Part shown: positions 39,101 to 47,987 of the stretch, piece after piece | Layout of the letters: each line of letters starts with the position of its first letter | Numbering within the stretch: the first letter of the stretch is position 1 | Source: Aquaticitalea sp. | Lineage (GTDB): Bacteria; Bacteroidota; Bacteroidia; Flavobacteriales; Flavobacteriaceae | Direction of reading: 5' to 3' | NCBI GenBank assembly: GCA_051252455.1 | Contig: JBPOFM010000001.1 | Location: forward strand, 374,145-438,144 | DNA length: 64,000 nucleotides | The notes under the pieces: model-generated | Databases searched by the model: none | Told to the model about the DNA's origin: nothing | What the model saw: the letters and a program-made list of their open reading frames with translations, nothing else | Position numbers and translations under genes: made by a program

Positions 39101-40390
39101 GGCAATAACGACGCTGCAGTAGCAGGCCATGATGATGTAGATGACAATGGTGACGATTGGCAATTGGCACCCGCCGGAATGGTTATGGCGCCTGGACAAG
39201 GATTTGCTGCCACTGTTACGAACTTTGGTATGTTCCCAGGAACGCGGCAGGTCAACTTTTCAGGTCCTTTTAATACAGGAACTATCACAACTCCTATTTT
39301 TTACAATGGAAACAATGGCGATAATGACTGGAATTTAATTGGTAACCCCTACCCTTCTGCTGTTTCATTCAATATGCTTTATGACAGTAATACCTCCTTA
39401 ATTGATGGTGCTGCCTATTTGTGGTCTCAAGCGAGCGCTCCAACGGATACCAATAACGGAAATGAGGCACAGAATTTCAACGTTGCTGATTATGCGATCA
39501 TCAGTCGCTTTAGTGGTAACACCGCTGGGGGCGATGGTGTGATTCCTGCCGCGGGTAACTATATTCCTTCTGGGCAAAGCTTCTTTGTAAAAGGACTTGC
39601 GAATGGAGGTGCGTCCTTTACCAACGCGATGCGTATGGCAGATTTGACAAGTAACAATCAATTTTTTAGAACTGTGGTGGCTCCTGAACCAAATCGTTTA
39701 TGGGTGAACTTAACTACAAATAATGGTATTTTTAATCAACTATTGGTTGCTTATGTAGATGGCGGAACTAATGGTGATGACGGGATGGCATTTGATGCCT
39801 CTAGAAATCTATCTTCAGGTGTTGCGTCCATCATATATACGTTGATTGATGGGTCTAAAAAATATGCCATCCAAGGTAAGGACCCAAACAGTTTGAATTT
39901 GGATGAAATAATCCCAATTGGTTTTTATACGAGCATCACTGAATCTACAACTTATACGTTATCAATTGCGGATTTAAAAGGTGAATTTATGAATTCCAAT
40001 ACCGTTTATCTGAAAGATAACACGCAAAATGTGCTTCACAATCTATCCGCATCCGCTTATGTTTTTAGTTCGAGTGTCGGAGAATTCAATGAGCGTTTTG
40101 AGATTGTTTTCAGAGACACTTCTCTTTCGGTTATAGAAAATGAAATTCCAACTAGTGGGTTGACGATTGTTGAACTTCCAAACGGAGAGGTAAAATTTGT
40201 CGTTGGTAATTCGCTAGAAATCAAATCTGTAGAAATCATTGATTTGCTTGGACGGACTTTATACAAGCTACAAGGCAATGGCAATACTGAAATTTATAAT
40301 CTTTCTAATTTAAGTCAATCGGCATATATAGCGAAGGTGACTTTGTCGAATGGCCAAGTGATTACTAAACGTGCTGTGAAACGAAACTAA
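36131..40390 (+). CDS. Large T9SS-secreted multidomain surface protein (2x InlB-B-repeat, IPT/TIG, lamin-tail domain, Ig-like, conserved ~600-aa C-terminal module, type-A C-terminal sorting domain)
   Basis: Start chosen at MIKKYSLVLIAVLCSVFSGFSQ (signal peptide), because the ORF-track extension from 36017 lacks one. Contains two ~75-aa Listeria/Bacteroides InlB-B repeats (…TISPGTTSVTSGSNQAFTVTPDACHTFTNWVVDG…TADHTITAIY), an IPT/TIG segment (…SVTGFAPTSGPIGSYVTITGTGF…), a lamin-tail-domain signature (LMMTEIYDSNGGSLGYIEVFNGTGSSKNLSNYSIRRYGD), and a C-terminal Por_Secre_tail (…IIDLLGRTLYKL…SQSAYIAKVTLSNGQVITKRAVKRN). Confidence 0.8.
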   Translation: MIKKYSLVLIAVLCSVFSGFSQYSGTGTFTKINSAAALTDGYYIIANETDAFLMTNGRNGTDATGYFLSASVTPSANDIINPTADNVWLIETNGSGRTIYNETLDRYVGHNGGTSNSLSIETTPANSNRWIFSYSSGTFFANNVGTPARQLSYNAGAPRFAAYGNTGQQELQLYKLAAPSGPTITVTQATGGTISPGTTSVTSGSNQAFTVTPDACHTFTNWVVDGANAGSATTYTFNNITADHTITAIYSTRTYNITASAGINGTISPNGSTSVNCGSNQTYNFTPESGYIVDDVLVDGVSVGSPSSYTFNSINAPHTVSVTFVVYVGPCLEEDFESGLPTSYSTASFTLNSGSWELTNVIRGNAGVTSGSYSAQLRSATNSNIISPILTEIVDYITFNITGSTSSGAYQVNVSSDGGNNWTAAPGSPFSINTTTQLRTIDLNDPSINRIQIRRTAATIYVDDFSVFCDTTCVPTHSVTGFAPTSGPIGSYVTITGTGFTASSIVDFNGTSVVNYISQTGTELVVEVPAGSITGPISVQETGCSVVTSDFTILDNSGSCGGVNNLMMTEIYDSNGGSLGYIEVFNGTGSSKNLSNYSIRRYGDTGDLGTGNYTLYTFPSSQPTIANNAVLVGEVFSPGNTDSDYSENFTYDIDCSFTGGNYNCGGFNGADIFHLYQGTTLIDVYVVPSSSSEVGYVARRNTTTSGPNNNSNPSDWTYNSSESTSNLGIFNYTGASSYFPTISSPSDVTGCSEEAQFTSIASAGNGGALTYQWYFNNGTSSGWTLVNATNLPLTTVAGQTTNQLTLTNGFYNYDGYQFYCEVTESGGCSTVSNAAQLEILKTTWDGTDWLPTFPDSGTIAFISDDYDTSAGGQQISFSACQLIVDANYLLRVANGTFVEVENYTTVEGEILVETHGSFVQRADLSDGFILNSGGSASVNKSTAPVNNWYDYTYWSSPVFGATVGTAIDIAPTNRRFYYDAANYLDVFAETGNNDAAVAGHDDVDDNGDDWQLAPAGMVMAPGQGFAATVTNFGMFPGTRQVNFSGPFNTGTITTPIFYNGNNGDNDWNLIGNPYPSAVSFNMLYDSNTSLIDGAAYLWSQASAPTDTNNGNEAQNFNVADYAIISRFSGNTAGGDGVIPAAGNYIPSGQSFFVKGLANGGASFTNAMRMADLTSNNQFFRTVVAPEPNRLWVNLTTNNGIFNQLLVAYVDGGTNGDDGMAFDASRNLSSGVASIIYTLIDGSKKYAIQGKDPNSLNLDEIIPIGFYTSITESTTYTLSIADLKGEFMNSNTVYLKDNTQNVLHNLSASAYVFSSSVGEFNERFEIVFRDTSLSVIENEIPTSGLTIVELPNGEVKFVVGNSLEIKSVEIIDLLGRTLYKLQGNGNTEIYNLSNLSQSAYIAKVTLSNGQVITKRAVKRN

Positions 40391-40422
40391 TTAGTCCACT
40401 TACTGAAAGAAAAAAGCGAGAG

Positions 40423-40449
40423 CTCCGACTAAAAAAGTCGGAGTTTTTT
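40423..40449 (+). terminator. Rho-independent terminator between the two giant T9SS-cargo genes
   Basis: ctccgac-TAAAAAA-gtcggag followed by T6. Confidence 0.55.
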
Positions 40450-40570
40450 CATTTTAATGTCGAATAAGCTTCTAGAAAATGGCCGTTGAACGTCTAATTT
40501 AGACACTTTAACCTGTTGATAAATTATTAGGTAATCAACTGAATGTTAGCCAATATGACGTATATTTGCA

Positions 40571-40578
40571 TGTTTGCT
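40571..40578 (+). promoter_or_regulatory. Candidate -7 promoter box (TATATTTG) for the second giant gene
   Basis: Matches Bacteroidetes TAnnTTTG ~27 nt upstream of the ATG at 40605. No convincing -33 element found. Confidence 0.3.
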
Positions 40579-40604
40579 TTATTGCAATTTAAATTAGTTT
40601 CCCT

Positions 40605-43600
40605 ATGATTCAAAAATACTCACTCGTAGTACTAACATGGTTTTGCTTTATTTTGTCTGGGTTTGGGCAGGTCACCATTTATAATGAAACGATGTATAAT
40701 GGTACAGGAGGAGCATCAGGTAACGCTATTGCAACTCATGAAACCAATGACCGTTTTAACGAGGATGTGTTAACCTATTCCGGTAGTGGCGATATGCGAA
40801 CCACCTTGCCTTCAGACTACATTGGTGCTTCTGGAACTTGGAACGCTATGATAAATGCCAATACGGAAACTTTTATAATGGACGGCTTGAATGCCAGCAC
40901 TTATTCCAGTGTTACCCTGTCATTTGGCCTTAAAAAAAGCGCCAGTGCAGAAACCGGATCTAGTTTAATAGTCGAATATAGTACTACTGGCCCTGCTGGC
41001 CCTTTTACAGGTTTATCATGGGGCTCTTTGCCTATTGGAAGTGGCACTTCCATTTGGTATCTGTTTTCTGGCATCGCTGTACCTAACACTATAACTACGT
41101 TAAGATTTAGAGATACAACTTCGGAGCAATTTAGAATAGATGATATTGTAATTCGCGGCAATGCATGTACAGACTTTGTAGAGTGGGCTAATGTACAGTT
41201 TCCAACTGCGTCACCTCAAAATATTCTGCATGGAGGTAATTTTGATGTGTATGCTCGTACCTATGAGCCTGGTGTAACACCTGTAGCAGGTGCAGACCCG
41301 AGTATATCAGCGTGGATAGGATATAATACAACCGATAATAATCCAAATTTGCCAGAATGGACGTGGATTCCAGCAACCAACTATACTGGTCAGTTTGGAA
41401 ATGATGATGAATATATGGCAGAAATTGGATCTGGTTTGGCTCCAGGAACCTACTATTATGCCAGTCGTTTTAATTTGAATAGCTGCGGTTTTGTTTATGG
41501 TGGTACAGGAGGCATCTGGAACAACGATTCTGTTGAGCTTATTGTGACAGCTGATCAGGTTAATTTTTGCAATGTAGAGTTTCCTAAAACTGGTATTATT
41601 CCTGCAGGAAACCCATTCACAGTATATACCCAAGGTCATGAACCTGGTGTTACTGATGCCGTAGGACAAGGTGCAGGATTAAATGCATGGATTGGATATA
41701 ACACGACTGGTGTAGATTATGAGCCTTGGAATCCAACCGGATGGACTTGGGTGCCTGCTGCTTACAACCCGACTTGTTTCGATTGTAACGGAATTCAAAA
41801 TGATGAATATTCTGCAGAAATAGGTTCCACATTACCAGTCGGAACCTATTATTATGCCAGTCGCTGGCAACTCAATGGCAGTATCTATAGCTATGGAGGT
41901 ATCGATGAAGATAATATGGGGAACTTTTGGGATCCAGTGACCTACAATAGTGGCATACTTACGGTGACGAATACACCTTGTTCTGACTTGATTATTTCAG
42001 AGTATGTTGAAGGTTCTGGAAACAACAAGTATCTCGAGATTTTTAATGGCACAGGTGTAAGCGTAAATCTCGCAAATTATAAAATTAGAACTTATAGTAA
42101 TGGGAGCAATGGGTTCGCATCTGCAGATTTGAGTGGCACTCTAGCTAATGGTGCCACGAGAGTTTATAGGAATACTAATGCAACAATTTATGGCGGAGCA
42201 TCTACCGTTCTATCGACAATTACTTTTAATGGCAATGATGCTGTTGCATTGGTTAACAACACAACAATAATCGATGTCATAGGACAAATTGGTTTTAATC
42301 CCGGTACCGCATGGACAGGAGGAAGCGCAAGTACGTTAGACCAAACGTTAATAAGAAAAAGTACTGTTCAAGTTGGTGATGCCAATGGGACTGATGTCTT
42401 TAGCCCTAATGTGGAATGGTTATCCTTCCCTATCAATAGCGTTTCTGAACTTGGGTATCATTTTAGTAGTTGTCATCCAGATCGGGAACTTCAATTAGAA
42501 CTTCCAATCGGAACTATTGTATATTGTGGGCATACTTATGAATTTGGCAATCAAATCGTCAATACGAACACAGATGTTGTGTTGAGACTGCGAAATCTTG
42601 GCGACCTTCCGTTACAAATCAATTCACTTGCGTTTGCCACTGGTATTGAATACAGTTTGGTGGCTCCTCCAGCAACTCCTTTTTCAATTCCCGCTGCAAG
42701 TTTTCAAGATATCACCATTCGTTTTAATCCTACAGCTTTAGGGTTGTTTCTAGATACCTTAACAGTCAATAGTAATGATGCCAGTGAATCTAGCTGTACG
42801 ATTGATTTTTCTGGGTTAAGTGTTTCAAATTGCGATACCACCACAGCAATTATTGCAGCACAGGATTTTGAATCGAGTGTGACTGATACTTGGGCATATA
42901 CTGCTGTTCATGCGCCTTTAGCACCCTATTGGGATGTAACCAATTCTTTATCTAACATTGCTACGGCACAAAATGGCACCTCATTTTGGGGCATAACTGA
43001 TTTGGAACGAGCTGGACATACCAACGAAACACATGAATTAAGTTTCAATTTTAATATTTCAACCTATACCAACGTAAAACTTTCATTTAACTATTATACG
43101 ACTGAACTTGAAACAAGCGATACTTTTGAATACCAATTACTTTATGATGGAATTCCTCAAGGTATCGTTGACATTTCCGCAGATACGGATGCTTGGACAG
43201 AGGTGTTAATTAACATTCCAAATTCTATCAGTTTATTGGAGATTATATTTTATGCCGATATCGATGCCGCAAATGACAATGCCGGTTTGGACAACTTTAT
43301 ATTGAGCTCTACAATCCTTGATACGGCGACTTGGGATAGTGGCCATTGGAATTGGAATGAAGGCACTGCTTTAGATACCGCTCCTAGCAGCTCAACGACA
43401 GTGATTTTGAATGATGATTATGATACAGCTACTTATGGAAGTTTTGAGGCGTGTCAACTGTATATTAACCCTACTTACACTTTGGATATCAATAATAGCA
43501 CTTATGTTGAGGTAGAAAATTTTGCTACAATCAATGGTGATATTCGTGTTCAGACACATGGTTCTTTTGTTCAACGTGCGGATTTTAATAATGGATTTGT

Positions 43601-45074
43601 GCTCAACCCAGGTGGAAGTGCCAGCGTTCTCAAGTCAACGTCAATTATAAATAATTGGTACGATTATACCTATTGGAGTTCTCCTGTTTTTGGAACTACC
43701 GTTGCAGCTGCCATCGATATTGCCCCAGCCTCCAGGAGATTTTTCTATGAAGCGGCAAATTATTTAGATGTTTTTGCCGAAACAGGAAATAATAATGCCA
43801 TGATACCTGGTAATGATGATATTGATGACAATGGCGATGATTGGCAATTAGCTCCGGGATCAATGATAATGGCTCCAGGTCAGGGTTTTGCTGCGACCGT
43901 GTTTAATTCAGGGATGTTTCCAGGAACAAGACAAGTCACTTTTAATGGATCCTACAATACAGGAACGTTAACCACTCCCGTATTCTGGAATGGTGCCAAT
44001 GGCGATAACGACTGGAATTTGATTGGAAATCCATATCCTAGTGCAATATCGTTTAATGATTTGTATGATGCCAATTCGTCCTTTATTGATGGGGCTGCTT
44101 ATCTCTGGTCTCATTCAACTATTCCACCTTCCGACACTAACAATGGAAATGAAGCTCAAAACTTTAGTGATGATTATGCGATCATCAATCGATTCAGTGG
44201 AAATGTTGCTGGTGGTAGTGGGGTTACACCAGCATCAGGTAATTTTATTCCTTCGGGTCAAAGTTTCTTTGTAAAGGGCCTTTCTAATGGTGCTGTCACT
44301 TTCAATAATGACATGAGGATGGCTGACACCTCGAGCAATAATCAATTTTTTAGAACTGGCAATTTATCAGATAAGTTTTGGATCAATTTGACTTCAAATA
44401 ATGGTGTTTTTAATCAAATTTTGGTTGCTTATGTCGATGGAGCCACGGATGGAGATGATGGTATGGCTTATGATGCTACAAGGAATCTATCCTCGGGAGT
44501 GGCTTCTATTTTGTACACTATTATAGATGGTGCAAACGATCGAAAATACGCAATTCAAGGCAAGGACTCCAATAGCTTAAATCTAGATGAAATCATTCCT
44601 TTAGGATTCTATACATCTATAACAGAACCAACCTCCTATAAACTTTCGATCGCTGAGATTCAGGGGGTATTTTTGACAAGTAATACCGTTTATTTGAAAG
44701 ATAATTTACTAAATGTGACTTTTAATCTATCATCTGGCGATTATGTATTTAGCTCCGAAGTAGGTGAATTCAATTCTCGTTTTGAAATTGTCTTTAAGGA
44801 CCAAGCCCTTTCGGTATTTGAAAATGAAATAAGTCCAAGCGGATTGACTATTGTCGAACTTGCCGATGGACGTGTCAAATTTAGTGTTGGAAATGATTTG
44901 AATATCAAATCTGTTGAGATTATTGATATGATCGGGCGCAGTCTATATCAATTGAAAGGACAGAATTCAACAGAAATCTATGAATTGTCCAATTTAAGTC
45001 AAGCGGCATATATGGCAAAGGTTGGCCTATCTAATGGACAAGTGATCACGAAGAAGGCAGTAAAACGCAAGTAA
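40605..45074 (+). CDS. Large T9SS-secreted multidomain surface protein, paralog of 36131..40390 (novel duplicated ~125-aa N-terminal domain, lamin-tail domain, shared ~600-aa C-terminal module, type-A sorting domain)
   Basis: Signal peptide MIQKYSLVVLTWFCFILSGFGQ. Two copies of an unknown domain (…AWIGYNTT…W.W.PA.YN…NDEY.AEIGS.L..GTYYYASR…). LTD signature (LIISEYVEGSGNNKYLEIFNGTGVSVNLANYKIRTYSNG). The C-terminal ~600 aa are roughly 70% identical by eye to the first protein (e.g. …HGSFVQRAD…NNWYDYTYWSSPVFG…DNGDDWQLAP…GQGFAATV…NGDNDWNLIGNPYPSA…). Ends with a Por_Secre_tail. Confidence 0.8.
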   Translation: MIQKYSLVVLTWFCFILSGFGQVTIYNETMYNGTGGASGNAIATHETNDRFNEDVLTYSGSGDMRTTLPSDYIGASGTWNAMINANTETFIMDGLNASTYSSVTLSFGLKKSASAETGSSLIVEYSTTGPAGPFTGLSWGSLPIGSGTSIWYLFSGIAVPNTITTLRFRDTTSEQFRIDDIVIRGNACTDFVEWANVQFPTASPQNILHGGNFDVYARTYEPGVTPVAGADPSISAWIGYNTTDNNPNLPEWTWIPATNYTGQFGNDDEYMAEIGSGLAPGTYYYASRFNLNSCGFVYGGTGGIWNNDSVELIVTADQVNFCNVEFPKTGIIPAGNPFTVYTQGHEPGVTDAVGQGAGLNAWIGYNTTGVDYEPWNPTGWTWVPAAYNPTCFDCNGIQNDEYSAEIGSTLPVGTYYYASRWQLNGSIYSYGGIDEDNMGNFWDPVTYNSGILTVTNTPCSDLIISEYVEGSGNNKYLEIFNGTGVSVNLANYKIRTYSNGSNGFASADLSGTLANGATRVYRNTNATIYGGASTVLSTITFNGNDAVALVNNTTIIDVIGQIGFNPGTAWTGGSASTLDQTLIRKSTVQVGDANGTDVFSPNVEWLSFPINSVSELGYHFSSCHPDRELQLELPIGTIVYCGHTYEFGNQIVNTNTDVVLRLRNLGDLPLQINSLAFATGIEYSLVAPPATPFSIPAASFQDITIRFNPTALGLFLDTLTVNSNDASESSCTIDFSGLSVSNCDTTTAIIAAQDFESSVTDTWAYTAVHAPLAPYWDVTNSLSNIATAQNGTSFWGITDLERAGHTNETHELSFNFNISTYTNVKLSFNYYTTELETSDTFEYQLLYDGIPQGIVDISADTDAWTEVLINIPNSISLLEIIFYADIDAANDNAGLDNFILSSTILDTATWDSGHWNWNEGTALDTAPSSSTTVILNDDYDTATYGSFEACQLYINPTYTLDINNSTYVEVENFATINGDIRVQTHGSFVQRADFNNGFVLNPGGSASVLKSTSIINNWYDYTYWSSPVFGTTVAAAIDIAPASRRFFYEAANYLDVFAETGNNNAMIPGNDDIDDNGDDWQLAPGSMIMAPGQGFAATVFNSGMFPGTRQVTFNGSYNTGTLTTPVFWNGANGDNDWNLIGNPYPSAISFNDLYDANSSFIDGAAYLWSHSTIPPSDTNNGNEAQNFSDDYAIINRFSGNVAGGSGVTPASGNFIPSGQSFFVKGLSNGAVTFNNDMRMADTSSNNQFFRTGNLSDKFWINLTSNNGVFNQILVAYVDGATDGDDGMAYDATRNLSSGVASILYTIIDGANDRKYAIQGKDSNSLNLDEIIPLGFYTSITEPTSYKLSIAEIQGVFLTSNTVYLKDNLLNVTFNLSSGDYVFSSEVGEFNSRFEIVFKDQALSVFENEISPSGLTIVELADGRVKFSVGNDLNIKSVEIIDMIGRSLYQLKGQNSTEIYELSNLSQAAYMAKVGLSNGQVITKKAVKRK

Positions 45075-45101
45075 AATTCCCTCGAGTTGTTATTTAGATA
45101 A

Positions 45102-45137
45102 AAAAAAGCCTCAACTTAATTGTTGAGGCTTTTTTTT
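45102..45137 (+). terminator. Rho-independent terminator after the second giant gene
   Basis: A7-gcctcaac-TTAAT-tgttgaggc-T8. Confidence 0.65.
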
Positions 45138-45222
45138 AGGATTATATTTCTACTGTGAATTTTGGCTTTATTAATTGTTTGCTTTAATGCTGAAAAACTA
45201 AATGATAACTAAAAATTAATAT

Positions 45223-45426
45223 ATGAATAAAATATTTAGATTATTTATCCTATCCACACTTACTTTTACAGTTTTTAACTGTTCATCAGATGATAACGAT
45301 TGTCCTGATTCAATTATAGTTGATATAAATGACCCTGATAGTATTGCTCAAGCTGAAGCTTGTGGTTTAAGTCCAGTAGAACCATTAGGAACTTTATGGG
45401 TTTCGGATAATTATGTTAATGAATAA
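45223..45426 (+). CDS. Small Cys-rich lipoprotein (hypothetical)
   Basis: 67 aa. Lipobox …VFNC-SSDDND with two further Cys. Acidic. Lies directly downstream of the giant pair. Confidence 0.4.
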   Translation: MNKIFRLFILSTLTFTVFNCSSDDNDCPDSIIVDINDPDSIAQAEACGLSPVEPLGTLWVSDNYVNE

Positions 45427-45554
45427 ATAACAGCAGAATTTATCAATCAAAATCGAACTGAATTGTCTTGCTGTTTTTAAAAAAAAATGCGAAATTGAAA
45501 ACGAAATGAATAATTAATAGGAATAAAAGCACTAAAAGCTAATACACATAAACG

Positions 45555-47972
45555 TTATAAGCTATATTTAAAAGACACAATCAAATTTCGTCCTGCACCA
45601 GCAATGCCAGAAGAATACGGTTTATACCGTTGGTCTGTAATATTTTCTAAACTTGCAACAATAGTTGCAGCATCTGATAATACGTATTGCGTTCTTAAGT
45701 TGAAAGTGTACCATGAAGGGGCAAACGGATTTCCATTAGCGTCCAAAGCATAGATATAATCTTTCTCCGTTTCTGAAGGTGCCAATTGATAAAATGAGAG
45801 TTCATTATTATATTCTGCAAAGGCGTCAATTTGGAATCTAGAATGTTGCCAGACTAAATGAGTATTCCCAAAATTTGGAGCTGCATGTCGCAATGCGTTG
45901 ATGTCGCCATTGTCGTCCTCCTCCTCTCCACCAATAATATTATATTGAGAGGTTAACTTAAACTGCTTACAGAACTTGATTTGTATCCCTGCTTCAAAAC
46001 CATAAATCTTCGATTTGGCTGCATTTTGTATCGCTTGCACATTGCTCAATTCCCCATCATACAAAATTTCAGATTCTCCATTTAGGTTAAAATCACGTCT
46101 TACCAAGGCATTGTCTAAATATGTATAATAAGTCGCCATATCTAAAATGAATACATTATCGAAATTCAGTTTTAGGCCTAGTTCGCCACCATAAGCATAT
46201 TCTGGTCTTAAATCATTGTTCGGTACGACTACGGAACCTGGTTCTGAATCAAACACTTTCCCAACATCGTCAATATTTGGCGCTCTAAACGCAGAGGAAA
46301 GATTGAATTTCCATTCCATCATTTCACTAGGCAACCAGCTGATACCTGCTGTCCCAGTAAAAGCACCAGCATTTATTTTTGTGGTGTCAAATGGTAAATT
46401 TAAATATTGATTGTTTTCCGCGAAATCCGCATTGACCAAAACTTGATTATAACGCACACCAGTTTGAAGAATGAATTTTGGATTTGGCTTATATTTTAAA
46501 CTTGAATAGGCTGCTATCGATTGCCAATCCGATCCATCAGGATATCTTGAAACAGTCGGAGCTGATGCACCAGTACTCACATTCTCTTCATCTCCGGTGG
46601 AGGTGACTTTATTATACACATATTCTGCGCCATAGAATAATTCTGTTTTGGCACCTAATTGCTTTTCTAAATCAATGTTTGTGGAAATGGCGTCCACTGC
46701 TTCTTCCCTAATGTTGCGAATTTCACTTCCAAAATCACGATCCATTCGACTTTCTTGAAAATTTTGATACGCAACCGTACCTTGTATTTTATCATATAAA
46801 TTGGAATTACTACTCAACTTGGTCAATTGCAAATTCCCCATAAACCACCTTTGTGAACCATAATTCCATTCCGCAGAGCGCAAATTATCACCTCTGTAAC
46901 GAATCAATCGATCATATCTAGAGTAATCGGACGTGGTTGAATAATATAATCCCAAATCAAAACTCAAATCATCGGAGGATTCGTAGCGTGCTTTTTGCAT
47001 AAAGTTGATCTGATCATATCCTGTTGGCACTTGTACCAACGGCTTCGGATTTGATACAACTGTATCAACCCCATCGATCACCTCAACATACTCTGGTCGG
47101 ATATAATCTTCGGGGCCATTACTACCCATTCTTAAATCGTCAAAATCGGTATAACTGATGCTAGTCAAAAAGGCCCATTTCTTCAAACCAACATTCAAAT
47201 CTATATGACCCGTTTTTTCATTACTTGCAGATGCATATCTTACCAGAGCATTCGCTTTAAAAAAAAGAGAATCCGAATAGGACAATTGAGGTTTTTGAGT
47301 GAAGAAACTCATTACGCCCCCAATCGCATCACTACCGTACACTACTGATCCGGCACCAAGAGTGACTTCCGTATTCTGAATGGCGAAAGGATCAATGGAG
47401 ATCACATTTTGCAAATTTCCATCCCGGAAAATGGCATTGTTCATTCGCACACCATCGACAGTGATTAACAAACGATTTGTTGAAAATCCTCTAATCATCG
47501 GACTTCCTCCTCCCAATTGACTTTTTTGAATGTAAATGTTTCCTGTGTTTTCTAAAAGATCGGCACTCGTTTGTGGATTTGAGAATGCGATGTGCTTTGC
47601 ACTGATATTCAGTATTTTTTGTGGAATATCCCGTTTGCTTTGCTCAAATTTGGATGCCGACACCACCACCTCATCCAGTCCCTCTGTTTTGGAACTCATT
47701 ACAACTATTCCGTTACTTTCTTGAATTTCCTCTCTCGTTAAAACAATTGTGACATGAAAAAGTTGTTGAAAATAAATAGATTCTGAAACAGAAAATTTAT
47801 TTAAATTAACCATGCCATCAATATCAGATGTTACAATGACAGATCTACTTTCATTAAAAACAGCTACGCCTGGTATGGGAAGATTGGATCCCTTTTCAAT
47901 AATTTTTACTTTCTGTGCCGAAAGTGTCATTGAAATTAGAAGCAAAGAAATTAGAAGTAAACACTGTTTCAT
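45555..47972 (-). CDS. TonB-dependent outer-membrane receptor (CarbopepD_reg-like N-domain + plug + barrel)
   Basis: Signal peptide. Plug blocks (…DEVVVSASKFEQSKRDIPQKI…, …IRGFSTNRLLITVDGVRMNNAIFRDGNLQNV…). 805 aa. Confidence 0.85.
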   Translation of the reverse strand: MKQCLLLISLLLISMTLSAQKVKIIEKGSNLPIPGVAVFNESRSVIVTSDIDGMVNLNKFSVSESIYFQQLFHVTIVLTREEIQESNGIVVMSSKTEGLDEVVVSASKFEQSKRDIPQKILNISAKHIAFSNPQTSADLLENTGNIYIQKSQLGGGSPMIRGFSTNRLLITVDGVRMNNAIFRDGNLQNVISIDPFAIQNTEVTLGAGSVVYGSDAIGGVMSFFTQKPQLSYSDSLFFKANALVRYASASNEKTGHIDLNVGLKKWAFLTSISYTDFDDLRMGSNGPEDYIRPEYVEVIDGVDTVVSNPKPLVQVPTGYDQINFMQKARYESSDDLSFDLGLYYSTTSDYSRYDRLIRYRGDNLRSAEWNYGSQRWFMGNLQLTKLSSNSNLYDKIQGTVAYQNFQESRMDRDFGSEIRNIREEAVDAISTNIDLEKQLGAKTELFYGAEYVYNKVTSTGDEENVSTGASAPTVSRYPDGSDWQSIAAYSSLKYKPNPKFILQTGVRYNQVLVNADFAENNQYLNLPFDTTKINAGAFTGTAGISWLPSEMMEWKFNLSSAFRAPNIDDVGKVFDSEPGSVVVPNNDLRPEYAYGGELGLKLNFDNVFILDMATYYTYLDNALVRRDFNLNGESEILYDGELSNVQAIQNAAKSKIYGFEAGIQIKFCKQFKLTSQYNIIGGEEEDDNGDINALRHAAPNFGNTHLVWQHSRFQIDAFAEYNNELSFYQLAPSETEKDYIYALDANGNPFAPSWYTFNLRTQYVLSDAATIVASLENITDQRYKPYSSGIAGAGRNLIVSFKYSL

Positions 47973-47987
47973 AAAAATTGGTAAACC

